From positions 32,001-96,000 of the IMG/VR virus record IMGVR_UViG_3300017917_002795: a DNA stretch of 64,000 bases; one strand, 5' to 3'. Below are positions 48,833-58,430 of the stretch, in pieces (positions within the stretch are counted from its first letter, which is position 1; the number at the start of each line of letters is the position of its first letter). Under the pieces are notes generated by a model. The model had not been told where the DNA came from, did no database searches, and saw only the letters and a program-made list of their open reading frames with translations. Source of the DNA: a virus. The position numbers and the translations under genes are program-made.

Positions 48833-51364
48833 ATGTCTACAACTAAAATCGTCTTAAATAGACAATCTGATTTAATTTTAGATAACGCGCAAATCACTGC
48901 TCCGGTTGGTATCGTTGTTGCGGATATCGATGGTTTAGAATCAGCAATTGCTTCTATCGATTCTAACGTGTCAACTGAAGTTTCTCGCGAGATCTCTTCT
49001 AGAGTATCTGGTGATGCATCTGTTGCTGCAAATTTATCTACAGAAGTTGAAAACCGTGAAGCTGCAGTATCTGCTGAAGAATCTCGTGCAATGGTAGCTG
49101 AGCAATCATTACAAAACAATATCGATGCTGAAGCATCTGTACGTATTGTTGGTGATGAAAGTTTAGAAGCTGCAATGTCAACTGCTGATGCTTCATTGGA
49201 TGCTAAAGTATCTTCTGAAACTGCTCGTGCAGAATCAGCTGAATCTTCATTAGAAGGTAGAATTGATTACATCGTATCAAACGTTGATCCTGCTGCTTTA
49301 GATTCATTAACTGAAATCGTTGGTGCTTTCCAAAGTGCAGATGGTGACCTTAACGGTGCTATCACTTCATTGGCTACTGCTGCTGGTGCTTCTTTAAGCT
49401 CTGAAGTATCTCGTGCTACATCAGCTGAAGCTTCTTTGGCTTCTGATCTATCTGTTGAAATCGCTGATAGAGAAGCTGCTATCTCATTAGAAGAAGCTGC
49501 TCGTATCTCAGGCGATGCTTCTGTTGTTGCTGACTTGTCTGTTGAAACTGCAAACCGTGAGGCTGCTGTATCGGCTGAGGCTTCTGCACGAGTATCTGGT
49601 GATGCAAGTTTAGAGTCTAAAATTACTGCTGATTTATCTACTGCAAATGCTTCTATCGAAGGTGCATTGAGTACTGAAATTTCAGCTCGTATCTCTGATG
49701 TAGATGCTGAAGAATCTGCTCGTATTTCTGGTGATGCTTCTTTAAGTGCTGCACTTTCTGTTGAAGTATCGGCAAGAATCGCTGACGTTGATGCTGAAGA
49801 GTCTGCTCGTATCGCTGCTGTAAGTGTTGAAGAATCTGCTAGAGTATCTGGTGATGCTTCTTTGGCTGCTGGTTTGTCTTCTGAAGTATCTGCAAGAATC
49901 GCAGATGTAGACGCTGAAGAATCAAGAGCAATGAGTGTTGAAGGCGTATTGAGCGCTGATTTATCATCTGAAGTATCTGCAAGAATTGCTGATGTTGACG
50001 CTGAACAATCAAGAGCTGAATCTGCTGAAGCATCATTGGCTTCTGGACTTTCTGTTGAAGTATCTGCAAGAATTGCTGATGTTGATGCTGAACAATCAAG
50101 AGCTGAATCTGCTGAAGCTTCTTTAAACGTTGCTTTGTCTTCTGAAGTTTCTGCAAGAATCGCTGACGTTGACGCTGAAGAGTCTGCAAGAATATCTGCA
50201 ATTGACAACGAAGCTTCTATCCGTTTGGCTGCTGACCAATCATTGGCAACGGCTGTATCTGCTGAAGCATCACGTATCGATGTTATCCTTGATGGTTCAG
50301 ATGTTGATCTTGATCAATTTGCTGAAATCGTTGAGTTCGTTAACGGAATTGACCTTGAAAACGATAACGCATTGTTAAGTGCTGTAACTTCAATTGGTTT
50401 AGATATCGATGCTGAAGAATCTCGCGCGGTATCTGCTGAAGCTTCTTTGAACTCTGCATTATCTGTTGAAATCTCAGCTCGTATCTCTGATGTAGATGCT
50501 GAACAATCACGTGCAGAATCAGCTGAAGCATCTTTGGCTTCTGGTCTTTCTGTTGAAATCTCAGCTCGTATCTCTGACGTTGACGCTGAAGAATCTCGTG
50601 CAATGAGTGTTGAAGCTGTATTAAGTGGTGATTTATCTTCTGAAGTTTCAGCTCGTATTGCTGATGTTGACGCTGAAGAATCTCGTGCGGTATCTGCTGA
50701 AGCGTCTTTAAACGTTGCTTTATCTTCTGAAATTTCAAGAGCTGAATCTGCTGAAGCGTCTTTAGCTACTGAATTATCTTACGAAGTATCTTACTTAATT
50801 GCAAACACAGACTTAACTTCAATTGACTCATTTGCTGAAGTATCAACTGAATTGTCAAATGAAATCTCTACAAGAGAATCTGCTGACAACTCACTTGAAG
50901 CTTATGTTTCAACTGAAATCGATGGTTTGGCTGCAGCTGATGAAGCAACTATTGAACTTGATACTGTTGGAAACGTAATTCGTTTGAAAGAAACAATTGC
51001 AGCACCTGCAAGTGGTTTAAGAACATTCGAAGGTGATGTTGAAGTATCTGGTGACTTGACAGTTGGTGGTGTTAACGTAATTGCTGAAATTAGCTCAGAA
51101 GTTTCTCGTGCAGAATCTGCTGAATTGAGCTTGGCTGATGACTTTGCAAACATCTACTTCAAGAAAGTTGCTGTATCTGGAACAATTAATGGTTCAAACG
51201 ATGTATTTACTCTAGCAAGTGCTGTAAGAAATGGCTCAGAAGCTATTTACTTGAACGGTCTATTGTTGAGTGCATCTGATGACTATGCAGTTTCTGGTAC
51301 ATCGTTAACATTTGTTGCCGCTCCTGAAGCTGGTGATAAAGTTGTTGTTTACGGTATGTATTAA
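48833..51364 (+). CDS. Long repeat coiled-coil fibre protein
   Basis: Repeated 11- and 18-residue units (EVSARIADVDA / EESRAESAEASL..L); three LDSL.EI-type breaks; C-terminal beta domain. Confidence 0.75.
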   Translation: MSTTKIVLNRQSDLILDNAQITAPVGIVVADIDGLESAIASIDSNVSTEVSREISSRVSGDASVAANLSTEVENREAAVSAEESRAMVAEQSLQNNIDAEASVRIVGDESLEAAMSTADASLDAKVSSETARAESAESSLEGRIDYIVSNVDPAALDSLTEIVGAFQSADGDLNGAITSLATAAGASLSSEVSRATSAEASLASDLSVEIADREAAISLEEAARISGDASVVADLSVETANREAAVSAEASARVSGDASLESKITADLSTANASIEGALSTEISARISDVDAEESARISGDASLSAALSVEVSARIADVDAEESARIAAVSVEESARVSGDASLAAGLSSEVSARIADVDAEESRAMSVEGVLSADLSSEVSARIADVDAEQSRAESAEASLASGLSVEVSARIADVDAEQSRAESAEASLNVALSSEVSARIADVDAEESARISAIDNEASIRLAADQSLATAVSAEASRIDVILDGSDVDLDQFAEIVEFVNGIDLENDNALLSAVTSIGLDIDAEESRAVSAEASLNSALSVEISARISDVDAEQSRAESAEASLASGLSVEISARISDVDAEESRAMSVEAVLSGDLSSEVSARIADVDAEESRAVSAEASLNVALSSEISRAESAEASLATELSYEVSYLIANTDLTSIDSFAEVSTELSNEISTRESADNSLEAYVSTEIDGLAAADEATIELDTVGNVIRLKETIAAPASGLRTFEGDVEVSGDLTVGGVNVIAEISSEVSRAESAELSLADDFANIYFKKVAVSGTINGSNDVFTLASAVRNGSEAIYLNGLLLSASDDYAVSGTSLTFVAAPEAGDKVVVYGMY
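49660..50780 (+). repeat. Coding tandem repeats, mostly 87-bp (29-aa) period
   Basis: For example, gaagtatctgcaagaattgctgatgttga(c/t)gctgaacaatcaagagctgaatctgctgaagc recurs 87 bp apart near 49970 and 50057. Confidence 0.8.
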
Positions 51365-51378
51365 TAGTTTAAATTTAT

Positions 51379-51402
51379 GGGGAGGATGAAATACTCCTCC
51401 CT
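51379..51402 (+). terminator. Hairpin (terminator-like) abutting ATATTTATA at 51403
   Basis: gggagga..tcctccc. Confidence 0.6.
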
Positions 51403-51452
51403 ATATTTATACAAAACAAAATAAATAAACTAAAAAAAAATAAAAAAAAACT

Positions 51453-53201
51453 ATGGCAACTTTTATAACATCCAAAGGGGTTGGGGAAACAATATCAATC
51501 ACTGTTGTAACCTCTACCGGATATTGGAAATATAACCATAACGGGACAGATTCAAGTGCTTTCGTAAATGGTGAAGACGGAGTGATAACTATATCAAACG
51601 CAAATGGTGAATTTACACTTATTTCATGTGATAGTGAAGGTAATGTAAGTGGGGATATTATTTATTTGGAATCACAAAATAACCAAATAACTTCATTTAA
51701 TGGAACAGGTTTAACATCATTAACTGAGTTGTATTTAGGTGGTAACCAATTAACATCATTTGATGGTACTGGTTTATCAGATTTAAACGTTTTGTATTTA
51801 ACCAATAACCAATTAACTGGATTTACGGGAACAGGTTTATCTTCTTTAACTCAGTTGTATTTATACAATAACCAATTAACCGGATTTACGGGAACAGGTT
51901 TAACATCATTAACTGAGTTGTATTTAGAAAATAACCAATTAACATCATTTGATGGAACAGGTTTATCTTCTTTAACTACATTGGGTTTATATAATAACCA
52001 ATTAACTTCATTTGACGGAACGGGTTTATCTTCTTTAACTACATTGGGTTTATATAATAACCAATTAACTTCATTTGACGGAACGGGTTTATCTGGATTA
52101 ATTAATTTAAATATAGAAAATAACCAATTAACTGGATTTACAGGAACTGGTTTATCTTCTTTAACTGAGTTGTATTTAGGTAATAACCCACTCACATCAT
52201 TCAATGGTGGAGATATGGGTCAAATCACAAGTTTAAATTTTCAAGGTAACTTGGGTATTTCAACACTAGAATCATTTGATGGTGGTAATATGACTGGTTT
52301 AACTGAATTGTATTTACACAATAACCAATTAACTTCATTTGATGGAACTGGTTTATCTTCTTTAACTCAGTTGGATTTAAACACCAACCAATTAACTTCA
52401 TTTGACGGAACAGGTTTATCTGGTTTAACTTCATTGGCTTTATATGGCAACCCACTCACATCATTCAATGGTGGTGACATGGGTCAAATCACCGAGTTAA
52501 ATTTTCCTGATAGTTGGAATATTACAACGCTACAATCATTTGATGGTGGTAATATGACTGGGTTAACTTCGTTATATTTATATAACAACCAATTAACTTC
52601 ATTTGATGGAACTGGTTTATCTGGATTAACTTCGTTATCTTTATATAACAACCAATTAACTTCATTTGATGGATTTATTTTTCCTGAAAGTTTAACTTAT
52701 TTAGAATTAAACAACAACCAATTAACTTCATTTGACGGAACTGGTTTATCTGGATTAACTTCGTTATCTTTAAACAGTAACCAATTAACTTCATTAGATG
52801 GATTTATTTTTCCTGAAAGTTTAACTTATTTAGAATTAAACAACAACCAATTAACTTCATTTGACGGAACTGGTTTATCTTCGTTAAATGGATTGTATTT
52901 AGCTAACAACCAATTAACATCAATTAATATTGCTGGTTGTGATATTCTTCGATATCTATACGTTAATGATAATCCATTAACACCCGTTATCAACAATTCA
53001 CTTCTAGCAAAACTTGCAGCAAATGAATTAGTAAATGATTGGAATTCTGGTGAATTCATCACAACAGGAGGAAGAACATCTGCTGGTACAACTGATTATG
53101 ATTATTTGATCGCAAATGGTTGGTCAATTGGAGGTGCTGATTTAGTTCCCGTTGTAACAGGTAAACTACGTGTTAAAGGTGTTGGACAGATTAATCCATA
53201 A
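51453..53201 (+). CDS. Leucine-rich repeat protein (about 21 LRRs, mostly 21 aa)
   Basis: LxxLxLxxNQLTSFDGTGLSS repeats; no signal peptide. Confidence 0.92.
   Translation: MATFITSKGVGETISITVVTSTGYWKYNHNGTDSSAFVNGEDGVITISNANGEFTLISCDSEGNVSGDIIYLESQNNQITSFNGTGLTSLTELYLGGNQLTSFDGTGLSDLNVLYLTNNQLTGFTGTGLSSLTQLYLYNNQLTGFTGTGLTSLTELYLENNQLTSFDGTGLSSLTTLGLYNNQLTSFDGTGLSSLTTLGLYNNQLTSFDGTGLSGLINLNIENNQLTGFTGTGLSSLTELYLGNNPLTSFNGGDMGQITSLNFQGNLGISTLESFDGGNMTGLTELYLHNNQLTSFDGTGLSSLTQLDLNTNQLTSFDGTGLSGLTSLALYGNPLTSFNGGDMGQITELNFPDSWNITTLQSFDGGNMTGLTSLYLYNNQLTSFDGTGLSGLTSLSLYNNQLTSFDGFIFPESLTYLELNNNQLTSFDGTGLSGLTSLSLNSNQLTSLDGFIFPESLTYLELNNNQLTSFDGTGLSSLNGLYLANNQLTSINIAGCDILRYLYVNDNPLTPVINNSLLAKLAANELVNDWNSGEFITTGGRTSAGTTDYDYLIANGWSIGGADLVPVVTGKLRVKGVGQINP
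51660..52985 (+). repeat. 63-bp coding tandem repeats (LRR array)
   Basis: Conserved aaccaattaac(t/a)tcatttga(t/c)ggaac.ggtttatc alternating with variable segments. Confidence 0.9.
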
Positions 53202-53222
53202 CATTTACATTTAACCAAACAC

Positions 53223-53254
53223 AAAGAAAGGGACTTCAAAAGAGTCCCTTTTTT
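53223..53254. terminator. Bidirectional terminator between convergent genes
   Basis: aaagaaagggact..agtccctttttt. Confidence 0.85.
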
Positions 53255-53273
53255 ACATTCCTATAGGTAACAT

Positions 53274-54458
53274 TTACATATATAGGTTCGTCATTGGATC
53301 ATATACCAATCCTTTATTTCCACCATTAAATAAACCTTCAATTAAACGGTCATATGTTTCAACCACTTCTTCATTATCAATATGGTAACGTTGTAAAACT
53401 TTATCGTTTCTCTCATTGTATTCATCTATATTTTTATCGTGTTCTGTTAAAATATAGTTTAATGTTTTAGAAGCCTCAACCGTATCTGAACCCTCATAAT
53501 AATATCCCAAATCTTTACACATTAGAGCATTATGTAATACTGGATACCCTAAATAAGCAGCATCCAAATACAGATAATTTAATGGATTTAATAGTTGATG
53601 ACAAATCAACACATCCAAATGTTGAGTTAACATATAAGCTGTTTGATAACGCGACTCAGAACTTATCTTACCTTCTCTAAACAAATCAAATGTTTGAATT
53701 ATGGACATAAATTCTCGATGTTTTGAAACTACCGTTCCATTTGTAATACGAAGTTTATCAATGTGTTTTCGGCCTGTAATAGTGCGATACGATTCCTCAG
53801 CAATCATGGCTGGAATCAAACAAAACTTAACAATGTTTAGGTTTGGCTCCATAATACCTAAAATTTTCTTTTCTTTGGTGTTATCGTATTGCCAATCTTT
53901 TTTATATTTTTCGGCCTTGAATCCTTTATGTATTTCTCTAACCGCCTCAAACAGAAATTTTTCTGACCATATAAAAGGAACAGATAGAGCATTTGTGCGA
54001 TACAATGTCTTATATAATCCAGAATTTACCTCATCTTGTTGTGGAACATACCATATTTCATCATATTGACGTTCATATTGAAACTTCTTATCCTCACTTG
54101 GACGAAACAAAATATTTTCCATATGGATCACATAGTTGTTTCCACATTTGTAAGATACGACTTTTTTATTATCTCCAGAACGTTTAAATGTTTCAAGTTG
54201 ATAGTCGTGTATTTGAGCACCCATCACAATTAATAGGTCCATTTCCAAGAACTTATCGTTAAAGTAATGAATGTCTATTCCATCAAGGTATGAAGGACGT
54301 TCTGTAAAATCTACATTCATTGAGTTTAAAATGCAGACGTCATAGCCTTTCTTTGAATTTTTCAACAGGTGTACAAGCATCAAAACATTTTGTTTGATAC
54401 CGTTTGTCCAAATGGATTCTTTGTTGTCTTTTAAGCCGAGTGTAATTCCTATTTTCAT
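53274..54458 (-). CDS. DUF2827-like protein, putative GT-B glycosyltransferase
   Basis: IWTNGIKQN, CGN, VPFIWS, MEPNLNIVK..IP, HQ..NPLNYLYLDA..GYPVLHN..GYYY. Confidence 0.7.
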   Translation of the reverse strand: MKIGITLGLKDNKESIWTNGIKQNVLMLVHLLKNSKKGYDVCILNSMNVDFTERPSYLDGIDIHYFNDKFLEMDLLIVMGAQIHDYQLETFKRSGDNKKVVSYKCGNNYVIHMENILFRPSEDKKFQYERQYDEIWYVPQQDEVNSGLYKTLYRTNALSVPFIWSEKFLFEAVREIHKGFKAEKYKKDWQYDNTKEKKILGIMEPNLNIVKFCLIPAMIAEESYRTITGRKHIDKLRITNGTVVSKHREFMSIIQTFDLFREGKISSESRYQTAYMLTQHLDVLICHQLLNPLNYLYLDAAYLGYPVLHNALMCKDLGYYYEGSDTVEASKTLNYILTEHDKNIDEYNERNDKVLQRYHIDNEEVVETYDRLIEGLFNGGNKGLVYDPMTNLYM

Positions 54459-55012
54459 AGTCGTTTTCCGTGTTTATTTACAAATTGTTCTACAAGTTTA
54501 TTTCTACGTTCTTCAGATGGTGCGTGAGCATATAACCAGATAAATGATGCTTCTATGGCGGCTAATTCTTCACGCTTATGCATTATCCGTTGTTTCAATA
54601 TATCTTTATCCTCAGGATCTATGGAGTGCGTTATATTCAATCTATGGCATATTTCATACAATGCAAACAAATCAAATTCTTCAGCTGCATTTGTAGCTTC
54701 TACATATAATTCATGAAGACTTGTATCTGCACATCGGTCCGGATGAGTGTGTTTTGCAATTTCTCGGTACAATCGTTTTACTTTGTCTCGAGTGCTAGCA
54801 TCCACTGTGTCAGGATCAATGCGTCGTTTTGCTGGACGTTCTGGCATTGATTCTGGTTCAGGCTCTGGTTCTCCGTTTGCTTCTCTAACACGTTTTAAAA
54901 ATTCTGTTTTGTTAGCGGCAATGATTTCTTGTTTGTATTCTTCATCTAACAATAAAAAACTATATTCTTGCAACAATTTCTTCACCTCAAGATGCTGTAT
55001 TTTATCATTCAT
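54455..55012 (-). CDS. J-domain (DnaJ-like) co-chaperone protein
   Basis: VKRLYREIAKHTHPDR helix II-HPD motif followed by helix III. Confidence 0.75.
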   Translation of the reverse strand: MNDKIQHLEVKKLLQEYSFLLLDEEYKQEIIAANKTEFLKRVREANGEPEPEPESMPERPAKRRIDPDTVDASTRDKVKRLYREIAKHTHPDRCADTSLHELYVEATNAAEEFDLFALYEICHRLNITHSIDPEDKDILKQRIMHKREELAAIEASFIWLYAHAPSEERRNKLVEQFVNKHGKRL

Positions 55013-55024
55013 TGCCGGTTTATA

Positions 55025-55061
55025 ATAAATATGATAAGATATTTTAATACGGATATTTATA
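55025..55061. promoter_or_regulatory. Divergent pair of ATATTTAT(A) motifs
   Basis: ataaatat at 55025-55032 (minus operon) and atatttata at 55053-55061 (plus operon). Confidence 0.65.
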
Positions 55062-55081
55062 TATAAAAAAAGTTAACGGAT

Positions 55082-58000
55082 ATGCCAATTGCTAGCAAGA
55101 ACATTAATGCCGAAAAGATCCAGGGAAATTTAGACATCACCACAGTCAGTGCTTCAGCATTTACTGGTAGTTTCATTGGAGATGGTGCTGGTTTATACAA
55201 CTTACCAACCGGTTCATTGTTAACTACCGCATCATTCAATGCTTATACAGGATCTAATACTAGCCAATTTGCCGGAACTGCATCATTTGCATATAGTTCT
55301 AGCGACGCCATTACAGCATCATACTATGCAGAAACAGATCCTATCTTTACAGCAGTTTCTGGGACATTTACGACAACAGCATCATTTGAAGCATTTACAG
55401 GTTCAATTCAACCACAAGTTGATGCCCTGATTGCTGCAACATCAAGCTATGTTCAATCAAGCCAAACTGCTTCAATGACTGTATTGAGTTCATCTTATGC
55501 TCAAACAGCCTCAAATATATTAGGTGGCAAAGCAACACATGTACCATACTTCATAACAGACACAACACTAGCTACTAGCTCAATATATCAATCAGGTTCA
55601 ACTAGTGTTATAATCAACCAAGATAACAATACAACAGCCAATCCAGAAGCATTGTATGTTTGGCAACCAAGTACCACATCAATCAATGTAATATCCGGAA
55701 AAGGTAATTTAAACAATTACTTGCAATTGAATATCCAAAATACCAATCAAGGCCCAGATGCATCATCAGATATCGTAGCAACAGCGAATAACGGAAGCGA
55801 AACGGACAACTACATTGATATGGGTATCAATAGTCAGAATTATGCTGGATTTTTAGGAGGACCAAACGACTCATATTTATACTCCCATGGTCAAAATATG
55901 TGGTTCGGAAACATCAATGATGGCCATGATATAATCTTCTTTAATAGTTCAAGTCAAGAGGCAATCATAAAACTTACGGCTGCTGGTCAAGCTGAAATAA
56001 CTGGATCGCTGTTTGGTACTGCATCATGGGCTAGAAATGCTGTAAGCGCATCAACCACAGTAACTGCATCTTATGCTATATTAGCAGAAAATGCTAAAAA
56101 TGCAGTAAGCGCATCTCATGCTACAAATTCAATGAATTCATTGAATGCCATAAGCGCATCTCATGCGTTATTGGCTGATAATGCCCTTGCAGCAAATTAT
56201 GCAGCTAGCGCCGGGAATGGTGGAGTAACCCAACTAATAGCCGGATCTGGTGTTACATTATTGCCCCCAAGCGGATTAGGCAATGTAACGGTGATTGCCA
56301 CAGGTACAGGTGGTGTAACAATCATATCCGGATCGATTGTAACTGGATCATTCACTAATACAACATCATACACATTCAATCACAACCTAGGCATTAGAAC
56401 ACCTATCATAACAGTATTTGATTCCAATTACAATCAAATTATTCCACAAAATATACAACTTGTAGACACAGCTAGCGCCATAATAACATTTCCAACTCTA
56501 GAAAGTGGATTTGCCATTGGGTCAACTGGTGGAACAACCGGAACTGCACTATCTTCTTCATATTCTACATTTTCAACATATGCAGACACAGCATCATATT
56601 TTGCAGAAACAGATCCAGTATTTGTAGCTCGAAGTGCATCATTAGCAACGACGGGTTCAAACACGTTTAGAGGTAACCAAACAATATCAGGTTCAGTAAC
56701 AATAACTGGATCATTAACTGTATCTGGATCAAGCACATTTACAAAGATAGGTCCTTCTATATTTAGTGGTAGTGTGACTTTGGTAAATGGTGCTACTGGT
56801 TCTTTATTTGGAACATCATCATTTGCAATAACTGCATCATATGCCCTAAATGTACTAAGCGCATCATACGCTCAGACATCATCATATGCTTTACAAGTAT
56901 TAAGTGCTTCATATGCTTTAACATCTTCATATGCTACATTTGCTGAAACTGCTTCATCTTCGTTAAATGCACAAGATATTTTGATATATGTTTTAAACCA
57001 ATCCGGTCAAAATATTGCAAAAGGTGTTGTAGTTCATATAACTGCATCTGGAAACTCAAGTGACATCCCTAGAATCATAACAGCATCATATGAAAATGAT
57101 TCAAATTCAGCTAACACTTTAGGTGTTACAAATCAAGCAATTGCAAATGGTGGTTTAGGTTATGTAATGACTGAAGGTGTGCTTAGAGGGATTGATACTT
57201 CAAATTTCCAATCGGGTCAATTAATATATTTAGGTGCAACTGGTTCTATAATTGGAACTGCTCCTGTAGCACCTCTACATGCTGTGCGTTTAGGCCAAGT
57301 AGTAAGAGAACAATCAAATAATGGTTCAGTTTATGTTCGTGTAGATAACGGTTATGAAATAGGTGAATTACATGATGTTAGAGATACAACTACAACTAGT
57401 TCATTTGGTGATTTATTAATTAAGAGTGGTAGTGTTTGGACTAACTCAAAACAACTAACAGGCTCATACGGAATAACAGGCTCCCTAACAATATCAGGTT
57501 CTTCTACTTTTACCAATATAGGCCCTGCTGTATTTACGGGTAGTGTTAATATAACAGGTTCTACTACACAAACAGGAAATAATACGTTAATTGGTAACAC
57601 AACATTAAGTGGTAGTATTGATGTAAGCGGATCTCAAACCTTTAATGGTACATCATCTTTCTATGGTAATCATCTATTAAGTGGAAGTAATACTATTAGA
57701 GGAAATACTTTTATGTTTGGTAACATACAAGTAAGTGGATCTTCTAATTTTAATAACAGTGAATTCATAGTAACTGGTTCTACATCTATCTTAGGTAATT
57801 TCAATGTAAAAGGTACATCTGTATTCTCAGATACAACATTTACAGTTACTGGATCTCAGTATTTCACCGGATCATCTTTTATAAACGGCAATCAAACGTT
57901 AACAGGTAATTCAACAGTTACGGGTTCGTTAAATGTATTGGGAAATATCAACGTAGTAAGTGGTTCATCTTTTACGAGATGGGGTAACAAATTATTCAAT

Positions 58001-58429
58001 TATGGACAATTCGCCCATACAGCATCCATCCCAGTAACAGCAAATGTATCAGCATCATTTGTTTTACCATTAACCTATTTTAATGATGGTGTACGCATAA
58101 CTAGTGGTAGTAGAATCACATTTGAAAATACTGGTTTATATAACATACAATATTCAGCGATAGCAAATCAAGGAGTAGGATCGCCTACTTTACGTCTATG
58201 GTTTAGAAAAACAGGATCAAATATAGATAATTCTACTTCAATAGTACAATTACAAAACAATAGTCAAACAGCATTAACCTATAATTTTGCATTTCCTTTT
58301 AATGCAAATGAATATGTTGAATTGTGGTATCAATCAAGCACAGCAAACACATCATTCCCATACACAGCTGCAGGAAACGGATTTCCAGCATCGCCATCGA
58401 TAATATTAACAGTAACACAGATAGCATAA
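55082..58429 (+). CDS. Large Ser/Thr/Gly-rich modular fibre protein
   Basis: TASYA repeats, GSxxITGSL beta repeats, internal domain shared with 59389..59985, C-terminal jelly-roll-like domain (GLYNIQYSA..EYVELWYQ). Confidence 0.75.
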   Translation: MPIASKNINAEKIQGNLDITTVSASAFTGSFIGDGAGLYNLPTGSLLTTASFNAYTGSNTSQFAGTASFAYSSSDAITASYYAETDPIFTAVSGTFTTTASFEAFTGSIQPQVDALIAATSSYVQSSQTASMTVLSSSYAQTASNILGGKATHVPYFITDTTLATSSIYQSGSTSVIINQDNNTTANPEALYVWQPSTTSINVISGKGNLNNYLQLNIQNTNQGPDASSDIVATANNGSETDNYIDMGINSQNYAGFLGGPNDSYLYSHGQNMWFGNINDGHDIIFFNSSSQEAIIKLTAAGQAEITGSLFGTASWARNAVSASTTVTASYAILAENAKNAVSASHATNSMNSLNAISASHALLADNALAANYAASAGNGGVTQLIAGSGVTLLPPSGLGNVTVIATGTGGVTIISGSIVTGSFTNTTSYTFNHNLGIRTPIITVFDSNYNQIIPQNIQLVDTASAIITFPTLESGFAIGSTGGTTGTALSSSYSTFSTYADTASYFAETDPVFVARSASLATTGSNTFRGNQTISGSVTITGSLTVSGSSTFTKIGPSIFSGSVTLVNGATGSLFGTSSFAITASYALNVLSASYAQTSSYALQVLSASYALTSSYATFAETASSSLNAQDILIYVLNQSGQNIAKGVVVHITASGNSSDIPRIITASYENDSNSANTLGVTNQAIANGGLGYVMTEGVLRGIDTSNFQSGQLIYLGATGSIIGTAPVAPLHAVRLGQVVREQSNNGSVYVRVDNGYEIGELHDVRDTTTTSSFGDLLIKSGSVWTNSKQLTGSYGITGSLTISGSSTFTNIGPAVFTGSVNITGSTTQTGNNTLIGNTTLSGSIDVSGSQTFNGTSSFYGNHLLSGSNTIRGNTFMFGNIQVSGSSNFNNSEFIVTGSTSILGNFNVKGTSVFSDTTFTVTGSQYFTGSSFINGNQTLTGNSTVTGSLNVLGNINVVSGSSFTRWGNKLFNYGQFAHTASIPVTANVSASFVLPLTYFNDGVRITSGSRITFENTGLYNIQYSAIANQGVGSPTLRLWFRKTGSNIDNSTSIVQLQNNSQTALTYNFAFPFNANEYVELWYQSSTANTSFPYTAAGNGFPASPSIILTVTQIA
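55208..55290 (+). repeat. 83-bp dispersed repeat, copy 1
   Basis: 78/83 identical to 58596..58678. Confidence 0.85.
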
Positions 58430-58430
58430 A

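Noticed and set aside
49267-50208. 313-aa antisense ORF, and the many other short antisense or alternate-frame ORFs in the track
   Set aside because: These are shadows of biased codon use (GCT/TCT/GAA) in real + strand genes; they have no RBS or promoter motif and no recognisable domains.
48833-51364. Tape measure protein
   Set aside because: It lacks the aromatic periodicity and hydrophobic segments typical of tape measures, ends in a fibre-type beta domain, and is not next to tube or sheath genes.
51660-52985. Conserved ~35-bp repeat alternating with variable segments, resembling a CRISPR array
   Set aside because: The period is a multiple of 3, variation in the repeat is mostly synonymous, the array encodes in-frame LRRs, and there are no cas genes.
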